Of a stretch of DNA of 64,000 bases, positions 38,203-51,180 are shown in pieces. How positions within the stretch are numbered: the stretch's first letter is position 1; every line of letters starts with the position of its first letter. A model generated the notes under the pieces. It saw nothing but the letters and a program-made list of their open reading frames with translations. It ran no database searches and had not been told where the DNA came from. The DNA comes from Felis catus. Lineage: Eukaryota. The position numbers and the translations under genes were made by a program. The stretch lies in NCBI RefSeq assembly GCF_018350175.1, contig NC_058383.1, forward strand, positions 8,310,001-8,374,000. Reading direction: 5' to 3'.

Positions 38203-39290
38203 ACATGTGAGTTTGTGATCCCAGCATCAGACTCATCGTGCAGAGCTTGGATGTCAGAGCTGGCAAGAGCCTTAGGGATACTCACACACCATATTTTGTG
38301 AATATATGTATATATGTAAATATCGTCTATACATATGCTATGTAAAGAACTTTGGGCCCAAGGGATTTGGCCATGGCCAAGGATCAGGAGCGCTTGGGTG
38401 TGAACCCACGATGAGACATCACACACCGGGAATCTCTTCATAATCTAGGCACAGATGACCTCTCGAGGCTAGATCACTACGAAAGTACCAGCACGTTAAG
38501 TACTGGGTATCCTACCCGGTACCTGGATCAGCCGGCGGTCTAGCAGGAAGAGAGCAGGGGGTGAGGGAGGGACCAAGAGTTGGGTCCCGCAGGACCCGTC
38601 CGTCCAGGCACTGCCCCCTCCCCAAGCTCCGGGAGCTCAGGTCACCTAAGGAAGCAGACAGTTCTGCGATTAATGCTGGGTCACCGTGGCAGGTGTGGTG
38701 GAGTGGGGACGTGGGTTTCGGGAACCTGGGACCAAGGTTTACATCTGAGCCAGTACAGGGGTGAGGCTGGGGGTTCCCATGTTGTAGACACTTTCGATCT
38801 GAGACTTAGTAAAAGGGGAGACAAGAAAAGCTCACCCCTTGCTCCCGGAGGCTGCAAAGAAGCTTGTCTGTCTGGACTCTGGGTGGGGAGAAATGAGCCC
38901 GAGAAATCAGTCTTGGGCCTCTGCCTCCCACAGGCTCAGGACTGAAACTTACCCTACCTCTGTGGCCACAAAGCTGGTTCCGAGTTGGAGCTAAAAATGG
39001 CTCAAGTAAAACATCCAACATGAAAAGATTAACTATTCAAATCCAGCAGTGCGGGATGGGGGGCGGGGGGAGTAATCAATCACGGCCAAGCAGAGTTTAG
39101 AAAACCTACTCCTGTAATTCAGCTCGTCAAGAGTTGAGAAGCTCCAGTTTGACACCCGTCGGTGCTGAGAAGTCCTGGCAAGCCGGGCAGGAAAGGGAGC
39201 TCCGGTCACACAGATCCCAGCTGCGAGTTACACGGCCAGCATCGCACTAGCCTGAGTCATTAGAAGTGTCCCTTTAAACTCGTGAAGGGG

Positions 39291-39587
39291 CTCATACGTA
39301 GAACTTGAGAAACATAACCGAAGACCATGGGGGAAGGGACTGGGGAAAAAATAGATACAAACAGAGAGGGAGGGAGGTAAAGCATAAGAGACTCTTAAAT
39401 ACAGAGAACAAACTGAGGGTAGATGGGGGGTGGGGGAGGGGGGAGAATGGGGGATGGGCATTGAGGAGGGCACCTGTTGGGATGAGCACTGGGTGTTACA
39501 GGGAAGCGATGAATCACGGGAATCTACCCCCCAAACCAAGAGCACACTGTATACGCTGCGTGTTAGCCAACTTGACAATAAATTATT
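39291..39587 (+). mobile_element. 5'-truncated carnivore/felid L1 3' UTR
   Basis: agagactcttaaatacagagaacaaactgaggg...gggatgagcactgggtgtt...ccaacttgacaataaatt. Confidence 0.88.
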
Positions 39588-39619
39588 GCCTGGAGGCAGC
39601 CACCAGGCTTCACCCCAAT

Positions 39620-39845
39620 ACCTTGAATTAAAGGAATAAAAGGCAAATAGAGGAATGACCTTCTGTGTGACAGAAGGCAGCATCACCAGAGCAAAACCAC
39701 AGGCCACAGACAGGGAGGAGGTATAAACCGTGTAAAACTGACGACAGCTTGGTATCGGAACTATGGAAAGAGCTTCCGTGGATCCGTACGGAAAAGAATA
39801 ATCCGATAGAGAAATGGGCCGAGAACATGAACAGGCATTTCAGAC
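39620..39845 (+). mobile_element. Old L1 ORF2 fragment
   Basis: ataatccgatagagaaatgggccgagaacatgaacaggcatttc (NPIEKWAENMNRHF-like). Confidence 0.7.
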
Positions 39846-42800
39846 CCTGAGGCCTGCCTCCGACTGTCTCCTGCATCCCCTGCAATGGCTTTGTTTCTGG
39901 TCTGAGGCTTCTCCCATCTACCACTTGGTGTGTCCAGCTGGGCTCCTAGAAGCCTGGGGTAGGACCAGTGTGGACACCAGCCCTGTTGATGGAGCAGAAG
40001 CTTCCCCAGCTGCTGCAGACTGGCATCTGGGTGCTGGAAAACGTGGCCAACAGGAGCCCCGATCCAGTAGCTGCAGTCTGTGCCTGAGCAGAGGGCTTCT
40101 TGTCTCCTTCCTTGAACCTGTACCCACATGGAGCTGCTGACTGAGGAAGATTGTATTTCTGGGTCCCAGGCCACCTTCCATCTTTCTGGGTTGGACAATC
40201 TCTTGCCCCTTCTTAATTGTGGGGACAATATTATTTTCTTTTTAGGCCTTCCTGGCAGGAGAGGGGAATGGGAGCGTGCTTCGTAAAGTGTTGTGCTTCC
40301 AGTGGTAATGTACCGACTCAATCTTACTATGGTGTAAATGACTGAGGATTAATGAAATACCCATCCCGAGAGAGTGATGCATACTCAGAACTGGGTTTTA
40401 GCTCAGGGGTTGGCCACTACCTTGACTGTGTGACCGTGGTCATGAGCCGCTTAACCACCCCAGACCTGGATTCTAATCCGCTTAAAGAAAGGGCTGGGTA
40501 AGATAGGTCTAAGATCCTTTGGACTTTGCAGTTGTATGGGAGATTTGCTTTGTAACAGGAACACAAGTAACACTGCCCTTTCTCAGACCTGCACTCTGTG
40601 CTAATTCTGTTTTCTCTCTAACCGGCTCAGGGCTCTTGGAGGTGGCTTTGATTATCATCCTCTGCTGGGCAAGGTAACTGGAGTTCAGAGGGTTCAGTAA
40701 CTTCCCCAAGGTCACACAGCTTCTTGGGTGGCAGGGTCCAGAGAGATGAGGAAGCCTTAAGCTCTTAGGCAACCCCTGTAAATCCCGTACAAATGCCTGC
40801 GTATTCTTCAAGTGTGTTTTAAACTACTGGGCCGGTGGTGGGGAGGGAAAGTGTCTGTAAGAAAGAACCAGATGGCATCTGAGTGATCCTCCAGGCTGGA
40901 AGATAGAGGCAATTGAACCATCCTCAGCGAAGGGGAGGGGCCTTACCCAGGTTGCCATGGCAACCCCCTCCAGCTGGGACCGGCTGGTGATTGGTTTGAC
41001 CCTGAGAGCCAGGAGTCTGGTCATCTACTGACTTCTTCTCCGTCCTCCCTGGGTCTCTACCGGAGGCCAGCTGAGCCAGGGGTCCAGCCAGACCTACTCC
41101 TGGCCAGCTGACCAGTGGGTGGTGGCCCCTGAGGGATAGGCATGCAGGGAGGGGGCGGGCCAAGCCCCAGATGCTGCGGGCTTCTGTGTGGGTGCCACAC
41201 CCCAGCTCAACGGGGGCGGACCTCATCCCCTGCAGCTCCCCGAGCATCTGAGAACTGGGAGCGGGAACTCCAAGACCTGTCCAGCTCTTGCCCACCCTGA
41301 GCCCAGGGGCAGGAGGTACCTGATTCTGTACCCCCAACCCCGGCAGGCAGAGTGGCTTCTCTTTGATTTGTTATCTCTCAGGGTCCCAGAAGAAGTTGGG
41401 TGTGTAGGAAAGAGACTTCTCCCTGTTAAAAAGCGGTTGAAAACTGCTCAGAGCCCTTCTCCAACACGACGTCAGGCCTGTGGTCCCTCCAGCCTGGGAT
41501 TTGGCCACAGGAAACGCCCCGTGCTCACCTCCCGGCTCCCCTGAACAACCGTCGTGAGGCAGGTGGCCCCATGAGGAGGCCCAGGCCTTTCCTGGAGGCC
41601 AACCGAACCCTGAATTAAAGCTGAGCCACCTCGGGCCTTCCCCTTGCCTTTGGAGGAGGAGGGACCCCGAGAGGGGAGGGGCCTGTTCCGGTGTTGCCCC
41701 CACCCCCGTGTGTCCTCCCTTTTTGCTGGGGGCTCCTCCCCTGTTCACTGCCCCCTCCAGTCCCACCACCTGGGGACAGACCAAGGACTCTGCCATCAGT
41801 TCTTAAACCTCTGCTCTTGTTACCCTCCGGAAGCCCTGATGACCAAAGAGACTCCACGCCTTCTTGCTGTCTTACGGACCCCTTGTCTGTGTCCTCCTGA
41901 GCCTTGGCCGCTGCGCAAGGAGGGGGAAGCCCCCCCCCCCAACCCCGGGCTCCAGGTTGAGGGTGCTCCTTACCGCCCCCTGGGGTTCAGAAGCCTCTGG
42001 GCAGAGTCAGGTGACATCTCCCGTGGTCTGGAGGCCCCCCTCCCACTCCACTCCCCCCTCAGCCAGCTTTGTGGCCAGTTTTGCTTTGTGGCCCTTGAAC
42101 CTTGCCCTTCGGCTTGGAGCCCTGTTAAAAGGGACCCTCCCGGTGACACACAGCCATGGCAGTACCAACCCCATGTGCCCAAATGGGCCCGCAATCGCAG
42201 AGCTCGTCTCCCTCGCCTGTGCTTGGTATCATCTTTCAGGCCCGGGCAACGCCGCCCGCCAGCCGCATGAGACCCTGGAGATGTTTACGATCTGTTTCTG
42301 GACGAGGAAGAAGGAGTAAGACGCTTCAGACGGTAACCTCAGATTAACAACACGAGCCTCAGAATCCACCCAAGAGAGGCAGCTGAATCACTGACTCTGA
42401 AAGATAGAACGTACCCCGGGGATGACCCCACCCCACCTTCTTGCTCCCCCCAAAGGCTGCAGAGACTGGCTCCCCCCCCCGGCTTCGGGGACCCCACCTG
42501 AGGGCCATCAGGTACCTTATCCTGCAGGATTCTGGCCCCTCCACACCCACCCACGCCACCGATTTCTGGGGACGGACGTTCCCCAGCCATGCCAGGCTGA
42601 AGGGATTCACTCCTCAGCCCGTATGGAATAGTGCCGATGAATCCAGCAAATCTGCCACCAACTACTACCACTCCCTGTCCGGACAGGTGCTTATCCTCTC
42701 CTCCGGGAACCTGTCTGGCAGGTGACACAGCCATGGCAGGGCTGTAGCAGCCTCGGGGAGCCTCAGGGTCCAGGCACCAAAGCCCGTGCCCCTTGCTTGG

Positions 42801-42881
42801 GCGCTGTCACTGATGTTACGGTTGTGACCCCTTTGCGTGTGAGGTTTCCAAGGTGACCGAAGGGATCAGAAGGTGGACATC

Positions 42882-43110
42882 TTTATTTTTATTTAATTTT
42901 TATCTTTTTTAATGCTTGTTTTCGAGAGAGCGAGCGAGCAAGAGAGAGAGCAGGGGAGGAGCAGAGAGAGAGGGAGACACAGACTCCAAAGCAGGCTCCA
43001 GGCTCTGAGCTGTCAGCACAGAGCCCAGCGAGGGGCTCGAACTCGGGAACAGCGAGATCGTGACTTGAGCTGAAGTCGGACTCTTAACCGACTGAGCCCC
43101 CCAGGTGCCC
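42882..43110 (-). mobile_element. CanSINE
   Basis: TSD-like ggacatcttta / ggacgtcttta. Confidence 0.93.
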
Positions 43111-45124
43111 TGGAAGCCGGACGTCTTTAAAGAAAAAGTACACAGGCTTTGGAGCCCCTGCGATCCGGTTCCCGCCCTGCCTTTAGGGCTTCGGGCAGCT
43201 TTGTCACCTCTCACACCTCTGGAGACCACTCTCCACAGGCCAGGGACAAAGGTCTGGACTGGCCACACAGGGCAGGGACTATTGTCTAGGCTTATCGTGG
43301 AGGGAAGCTGAGGGCCCCTGACAGGGAGCGGATGAGCCGAGATGGCCCAGGACCCCTGCTCCTCGCCCGGAGTCCAGGATGCCCGAATCCCACCCTGCGG
43401 TCAGGCGACCTCTCCAGAGCACGGGAGGCTTCACAGGGGATCACATTTCACCACAGCAGCCTGAGATGAGCCCCCATGACAGGGTCCATCTGCTGGCAGG
43501 AAGCAAAGCCTGGCTCCTTTGCCCGAGAGGAGGGGAAAGGTGACACCCAGCCCCTGTGCCTTCTTGGCTCCAGTTACACTTTCTGCCTCAGGGAATGACC
43601 CAGGGGAAGCGGAGGCCCAGAGAGGGCTGTGCCCTGCCTGAGGACACACAGAGCAGACCCCACTTCCGGTCCATCAGAGGCCAGGGACAGACCCCTGGCC
43701 TCCGTAGCTGGCGGGCTGCCGACGGGGGCCCGCACCCCTCCTCCTGCAGCCTCTTGTGCTCACTGGGTTTCTTTTGCTAGGGGGAGGTCCCTGGCCTTCC
43801 CCTGGGGACACTGGGGTTTTTGGCGCAGCTCTGTGTGACCTGGGGAAGCCTCCTCCCCTCTCTGAGCTGCGCTTTGTACGGGTCGGGACCGTGGATTGTG
43901 GTTCCTCACAGGCCCCACAGGTACCAGGTGAGGCCAAAGGTGTAAGAGAGCTTTGTAAACCACAGGGCTCTGTGTAAATGGAGAATGCTTCCAGGCTTCC
44001 ACCCATGCGTCAGCACAGGACCAGACAGACAGACAGACACACAGACAGTGTGCACGCGAATGTGCGTGCACAGAGACGCTCCCTGTAGACTGCCCTGCCC
44101 TTGGACCTGACCGTGTACACACGCATACTGTACCCACATGCGTGTTCTCACGTGTCTGCATTTGGGTGGGGGACACGTGGCTTGGTCTCCGCCTTTGCCC
44201 CTCCCTGCACCCCCTACCCAGCGGCAAGAGCCCACACGGAGCGGGGGGGGGGGGTTGTCCTCAGGGCAGGGAGAAGCGTCGGAGAGTGACGTGCCAGATG
44301 GGTGGTTTAGGATGAGCGGAACAGCTTGGCAGGTTTTTCGAAAACTGACCGCTCCTGTGCCCCAGCACCCACATCCAGAAAGAGGACATTTTCATCACCT
44401 CAGAGGCCCCCCCACTGCCTCTTCCCATCACCGTCCTCCCCCCAAGGTAACCGCTGACCTGAATGCCACGCTCAGAGCTCTCCGCCTGTGTTGGAACTCT
44501 AGATAAAAGGGATCACACAACGTGCTCTTAGGGGTCGTCGTTTTTCACCCAGCAGGATCTTGGTGAGGTCCGCCCACACGGCCGCATGTGGTTTGTGCTC
44601 ACTTAGTACCGTTAGCGTCCTATTTGGTGAACATTCAATTGGCCCAGACGTCCACTGATGGAATTTGGGCTATTTATAACTTGGGGTTGTATGCGCGACG
44701 CCACGGGGAACGTTCTTACACGTGTCGTTTGGTGAAAGTATTTATTCATTTTGTTGGATACCTATCTAGGGATGGAATCGCTTCTACTCAGCCTTGTTAG
44801 AAATTGCCAGGTGTTTTTTTTTTTTTCCAAGTGGGGATACCATGGACACTCCAGTGGCACTGTCTAAGCATTCCGGTGGCTCCCATGCTCTGTATTACTC
44901 GGCATCATTAGTCTCTTTTGATTTTAGCCATTCTGGTGGGCATGTGGGAGTGCTCCACTGTGGTCGAATCTGCATTTCCTCGTGTGGCTAATGAGTTGAG
45001 CCCCTGTGCATATGATTTTTGGCCATTTGGATACCTTACTTTGCGTATATGTGTTTTCCTAGAATCCTCTTCCACTCGGTGATAGGCCTGTTCATTCCCT
45101 TCTGATGCAAATAGATTTTTAAGG

Positions 45125-45189
45125 TTTTTTTTTTTTTTTAATGTTCACTTATTTTTGAGAGAGAACCTACTGAGCCACCCGGGTGCCCC
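45125..45189 (-). mobile_element. Internally deleted CanSINE (head fused to tail)
   Basis: tttttgagagagaacc|tactgagccacccgggtgcccc. Confidence 0.75.
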
Positions 45190-45464
45190 AATAAGTTCTT
45201 AATTTTAATGCAGTGCACTTTGTCAAGGTCTTCTTTAATGCTAGTGGTTTTTGTGTCCGGTTGAAGAATTCTGTGTCTGTTCCGGGGTCACAAAGGTAGT
45301 AGCCTTCAAGAGTTGTGTTTTACCTTTTGCATTTAGACCTACGCTACATCTGTAATCGGCTTTCACGTGTGGTGTGGGCTAGGGGTCTGATTCTTTTATT
45401 TTTCTTTTCCACTTGACCCAGAACTCTTTATTGAAAACTCTAGCCTTTCTCTGTGGTACTGTAC

Positions 45465-45563
45465 TTGGGATTCTCTCTCTCTCCCTCTCTTTCTGCCCAC
45501 CCCCCCCCCCCACATGTACTCTGTCTCTCTCTCAAAATAAATAAAATTTTAAAAAATAAATAA
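45465..45563 (+). mobile_element. 5'-truncated CanSINE (3' part only)
   Basis: cttgggattctctctct...ctctcaaaataaataaa. Confidence 0.8.
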
Positions 45564-46334
45564 AGGTCTCAATTTAAAGAAGTTTAAGTCTTCCCCTTTT
45601 GTTCTATTTCTTCCAGATTGCCCTGGCTTTTCTTGGACCTTTGTGTTTTCATATGCATGTCAGAATTCACCTGCCAGTTTCCTAACACACACACACACAC
45701 AGCCTTCTGATATTTTGAATGGGATTGCATTGACTCTATAGCTCAACTGGGGAGAATGAACATCTTCACAATATTAGGTCTTCCGATCCATGAACATAGT
45801 ATATCTTTCCATTTCTTTAGTTCTTCTTTAATTTCTCAGTGATGTTCTGGAGTTTTCAGTAGATTTATTTCTAGATAATTTGATAACTGCATGATATTTT
45901 GGTGAACATTATCATTTTAAAGTTTCACTTTCTGTGTGTTTATTGCCAGTAGATAGAAATACGGTTGATTTTTGTAAACTGTCTTTTTATTCCAGTGACC
46001 TTGCTAAAATAACTTAATAATTCTAATCATTCCTCCTCAGATTTTGTTGGGGGGAAGATGCTCTAGGGTGTGGTCAGCCATGGTCCACATGGTTCAAGGT
46101 CAAGACCCACTGTCGTTGAATTCTGGGCTGGATGTGGAGGTAGAGAGAATGGAAGACAGATTTGCCCAGCCTGGTCAGCAAAGTCTCTAGGGCCATGGTG
46201 AGGTACAGAAGTCACAGACTTTGTCCATGCTTAGCCAGGGTCCAGGCACTGTCTGCACATCCATTGAGAGTTGCTGCCCCAGCCGGGGCACATAGCCCAG
46301 CCCACCATGGCCTCAAGAGAAGGGAAGCCCTGGG

Positions 46335-46480
46335 TTCTAATTTTGGTCTTTAACTGACAAGCTGTGTGACCTTGAGCACACTGCTGAACCTCTCTGAATC
46401 TCCTCCTTTTCACTCGCAAATGGAGGGCACTATGCCCGGGCATTTCTTTCTCTCAGCCAGTAGGTGCCTGGTCAACACTG
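46335..46480 (+). mobile_element. MIR remnant
   Basis: gctgtgtgaccttgagc...aacctctctgaatctc. Confidence 0.6.
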
Positions 46481-47844
46481 GTGAATCAGTTTCACTTACC
46501 AGCATTGTCCCTTTTGCCCATGGGGTGATTCTGAACATTGCCAGAAAGTTCTGCGGTCCAGGGGCTGCTAACGTGGGTGCCCACGGGGAGGAGGTGACTG
46601 GCTACCATTGTGCTTTGAGAAGCTTCAGTGCAGTTGGCCCTTTGGGGATTTGTGTTTCTACCATGAAGACACCCATGTGAGGCTGCCCGTCTCCAAAAAG
46701 GAACTCAATTACTCTTCAATAAAAGTCTTGGCAGAAGTTCCTGAAAAATGTTGCCTTCTGTGTGATCCCTCATATACAAAAGGACGGAATTTAATTATTC
46801 TGTCCTGTCCGTGAGCCCCAGGGCTGGGTCTGGCATGCAGCCACAGCCCTGGCCGACCAGCAGGCTTCCTGACCCCTGATGGGGCTCATTATTCTGGGAT
46901 GTGTTGGGAAGGAATAGAGGAAGCACAGGGCGGGTCTCCCCTTCCGCCTGGCCTCGCCCTCTCCGCCCTTCCTTTTGGGGTATGTGGCTTAGAGAAATCC
47001 AATGTGTCTGTGATTACCTGGACAAGCGGCTCTCCAGAAGTTAACTTGAAAAGGTGATTTCCTTTTCAGGTCCTACCGGGGCCTCTCTGTTCCCCCCGGG
47101 GCTGACCTCAGAGCACCCTGGGAACCCTTGGTAGACTCAGGGGCTCCAGCCTGCAGCTGGCTTGTTCCGTCCACTCCTGACCCCCATCTCCTACCCTCGT
47201 GGCAAATTAGATTCCTACCTGTTACAGGAGCCGAAGCCAGGGATCTGGAGGAGGTCGGTTTTGGCTGGCGGAAGGCCAGGCGGGACCTTGGAAAGGTGAC
47301 GAGTTGGGGGCTGAGAGCTCTCCAACACCCAGCCCAGCTCAAATTTGTCTCACTTTTCCCATCTGCAAAATGGGGATAGCAATCTAGTGTCTGCCTCAGG
47401 GTTGGTGAGAGGCTCCCACAGAAAGAAAATGGGTTTAAAAGGCTTAGTCCAGGGCCAGACCCAGAGCGAGTCCTGCTTGTCTCACCAGCAGTAGTCAGGG
47501 CTCAGGGCCACCTCCTTAGGAAGCCCTCTTGATGTCCCCTGGCTGGGGTTGGCCCTGCCTCACATAGGAGAGGCACACAGATGGACAGTGGTTGCTTATG
47601 TGTCCAGAGAGCTTTGAAGGAGAGGCCACTTGTCCCTGGGTCCTTATCACAGAGACCTCGGTGTGTCTGTAGAAAGACAAAATACTAAGTAAGGTTGCCA
47701 GATACATTATTGTGTTTCTATTTGCTGAGTCTGACAACAATGTCTGTAAGGCAGCTGGAGCTGAATCATGGAACACTCTTAAAAGTCCAGAAGATTCTTT
47801 CCTGGTTGATGAGTCTGTTTAGGACTTGTCTGCAGGTTGCACCT

Positions 47845-47880
47845 TGAATCAGTTGCGTTCTCCAGAGAAACAATCAGTAG

Positions 47881-47915
<35 letters not shown>

Positions 47916-48296
47916 CTATATAACTATATATGTATCTCTTTAGATCTATAATTTATCATCTATATGAAGGAGTTGGCTTATGCAATTATAGGGGTTGGCA
48001 AGTGTGAAATTTTTAGGACAGGCCAACACGCTGTGAAAACTCAGACAAGGGTTTGCTGCTATAGTCTTGAGGCAAAATTCCTTCTTCTCTGGGAAACCTC
48101 ACTTTTTGCTTTTAAGGCCTTCAACTGATTGGATGAGGCCCACCCATGTTATCCAAGGTAACCTCTTTTACTTAAAGGCACCTGATTGTAGATGTTAAAC
48201 GCATCTGCCAAATACCTCACAGCAACATCTACACTAGTGTTTGGCCAAGCAATGGCACAAGACTCTTGCCAGGTTGACACATAAAATGCACCACCC
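47845..48296 (-). mobile_element. MLT2-like LTR (ERVL) with internal (TG)n(TA)n
   Basis: gttctccagagaaaca...aggccttcaactgattggatgaggcccaccca...gttgacacataaaat. Confidence 0.85.
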
Positions 48297-49454
48297 CAGG
48301 CCTCCATCCGCCCTCGGCCAGTAAGTTTCAAGCCGCTAATCCTAAGGGGCCATGGTGTGGGGGGGATCTAGTCGTGCCCAGATCAGATATATGAGCTTCC
48401 GGGCCATTCCCCTACCAGACTTTGTAGCGTGTGTTCAAGGCCATCTCTTCTGAGGCTCATGGCGATTCTCAGGGGTGGGTCAGTGGGTCAGGGAGAGATG
48501 ATCTTGCCCGTTTTACTGAGGAGGAAACAGGTGCCAAGGTCCAATGACTTTGCAAAGGTGTTGGCTTAGCCGTGGAGCCAGGTCTCTAACTTCTTCACAA
48601 TCAAGACACGTGCAAATGGCTTCTCCTAATGCGGGAACTTTCCCCAGGGAACCGAGGGAGGAGCCCTGGGGGCCAAGAGTGTCTCCTCTGCCATGAAGCC
48701 ACGATCTAGGCCTTGGTCCCTCTGCCTGTAAATGATTCTCAGCATCTGCTCCCGCTCCGTTCAGAACACTAAGAGCTACAAACAAATGGCCCCCAAGGGC
48801 TATCTGTGTCATTTATTCCACGGGTGTCTATTAAAAGCCTACTATGTGCTTGCTAACATGTGGGACGAGAGCTGGCCTCGTGCAGAGCAGACCCAGAGGT
48901 CACTGGCCCCACCTGGTGGCGGCCCCAGAGGGAGAGGTCGCCAAGCCAGGGGCTCAGGGCTGGTGAAGGTGGAAAAGCCAACGACCCAGATGCCAATCAG
49001 TCCCTGGGAGCCACTGTTGGAAGCTGGCTGTGCATCTCTGGACCTAGGACAGAGGGCCCGGGGCAGGGCGGGCACCGCTCTCCGGCTCAGTTCTCTTACC
49101 CTACACAGGAGCCCCCATGAGGTCGGGATGATTGATCTCGCTGTTAGATCAGGAAACTGAGCCCAAACTATAGAACATCAATGGGAAAATTTCCAAAAAC
49201 ATGGGCAAAACTCACCCATAATCCTGCCACTGCAACTGTGTTTATTTTTCCAGGTTCCGTTTCTTGGCTGTCCATCTTTTATGTGATTATAAGCAGAAAA
49301 CAGATCCAATGTTGTCATTTTTTACATAGCATCCTGACCATGTGTCATGTTCTTACCCAGTTAACATTTGAATTATAGCATTTGTATTAAGTATGTATAT
49401 TGTTTTAAAAAGGCAGGTGTCCTTCAAGGCTTGCAGTTAAAAAAGAGCAGTCCC

Positions 49455-49670
49455 AGGGCACCTGGGTAGCTCAGATGGTTAAGTGTCTGACTTCAGCCCA
49501 GGTCATGATCTCACAGTTCGTGAGTTTGAGCCCCGCGTCAGGCTCTGTGCTGACAGCTCAGAGCCTGGAGCCTGCTTTGGATCCTGTCTCCCTCTCTCTC
49601 TGCCCCTCCCCTGCTCGTGCTCTCTCTCTCTTTCTCTCTCTCTCAAAATAAAGAAAACGTTAAAAAAAAA
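49455..49670 (+). mobile_element. CanSINE with perfect TSD
   Basis: TSD aaaaaagagcagtccc at 49439-49454 and 49665-49680. Confidence 0.95.
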
Positions 49671-49759
49671 GAGCAGTCCCCTGTACCCCTCCTCACCTCC
49701 CATTTTTTTCCCCTATAGTCCAGCTTTTTGGGGGTAGGAGGCCTTACCTCCATAGGCTA

Positions 49760-51180
49760 ACTGACATTTATATGTTGTTACTTCTGTTGGTTTTTAAACT
49801 TAGAGATTCTCTGTTGATTCTGTCCTGTGGGAGATTCTGGTGCTTTTTTTTTTTTTTTTTCCATCTCTGACCCATCCTCTGTGTCTTTTCCTCCTCCTCC
49901 CAAGTAATTGTACCACACTTTGGGTTAGATCAGTAGACAATGAATGACTAGCATTGTATAACAAAGGAAGTAATATTCACAGCTGATCTCAGGTAATATA
50001 CCAAGCTGCATCTCCTTCCTTTAGACTTCTTTTCCTGGAGTTAGTGATTCATTTTTTTGTTTGTTTGCCTAGTTTTCTAAGCCATGCCATAGATGTATCC
50101 CTTGGCATATCATTAATTCACCCCAAATTTTCCAAAAGAAGTTTAATTCTCCCTCAAGCGCACATACATCAGGGGCTCTTCCCTTTCTAGAAGCCCTCTG
50201 TCTCCGGGTCTAATGTGGTCAGGTTGTGCTGTTTGCTGTCACCAGGTGACATGCCTTTATTTCCCATCTCCTGTCCCTTTGTTGCTGAACTCCTTGCCTT
50301 TGGTATCCCCGTTTTGTGACTTCTTTTCTCTAGCTTACTCTGTTTTGGTACAGTACATCCTTCAGCACCTTTCTGAGAAGAGGTACATAGAATGTCAATG
50401 TTTTGAGGCCATGCATGTCTACACATGCTTCATTTTACTCTCAAAACTTGAGAGATAGTTGAGCTGGGTATAGAATCTTAGCCAGAAACTGTACTCTCTC
50501 AAAAGAATACCCCTATCTCCCAGCTTCTGCTGTTACTGTCCAGAAGTCCAATGCCATATTGATTCTGGACATTTCCTGGAGGCCTCATTTTATCTTGGAA
50601 GCTTTTAAATTTTCTTTCTGGGATTCTGAGCTTTTGTGACAATGTGCTTTTTGGTAAGAGTTGGGTTTTTGTTTTCTTTTTTTTTTTTTTTCAATCTGGC
50701 ATTTCACATGTTCTTTCAATTTGAAAGTTTATATCAGTCAGTTTTAGGTGTCTTTTGGGATCATTTCTTTTACTCTTTTCTCCATTTTGTTTCTCTAGAA
50801 CCTCCAGTTAGTTATTAGACCTTCTGGATTGATCCTCTAATTTTCTTATCTCTTCTCTCCCATCTTTCATAGCCCTCGTTTTGCAACTTTCTAGAAAATC
50901 TCCTTATCTCCTAATCCTTTCACTGAATATTTTACATCAGCTATTTTTTTTTTCCATTTCTACAGATGCATTTTTGTGTTTTGAAGGTTCTTTGTAAATA
51001 ACTTCCTGTTGTTTCGGGGATGTGGTATCTTCTCATCTCTCTCTAAGAATATTGGAATTTTGCTGTGTTTTTGAAGTTTTTTTCTGTCCACTCATTGTCT
51101 CTGTTTTCTGAGTTTTCTTTTTTCTTGTTTATTGTTTTGGTCTTTGTCTTTTGCATTAGAGGCTCTCTGTGCATATTTAA
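49760..51180 (-). mobile_element. Ancient L1/HAL1-like remnant
   Basis: T-rich; ttgagagatagttgagctgggtatagaatct and agaagtccaatgccatattgattc. Confidence 0.6.

Larger units (their letters stand above)
44335..46050 (-). mobile_element. Old L1 (L1ME-like) fragments interrupted by SINE pieces
   Basis: ttttagccattctggtggg, gggattgcattgactctatagctcaactggggagaatgaacatc and cttccgatccatgaacatag. Confidence 0.8.

Noticed and set aside
38451..38512. Hammerhead-like CAGATGA...GAAA arrangement
   Set aside because: The core is CAGATGA rather than CTGATGA, and the stems do not abut the core correctly.
48904..48922. CTCF-like motif (minus strand GCCACCAGGTGGGGC)
   Set aside because: Mismatch at the conserved GGC end; near-matches are expected in GC-rich DNA.
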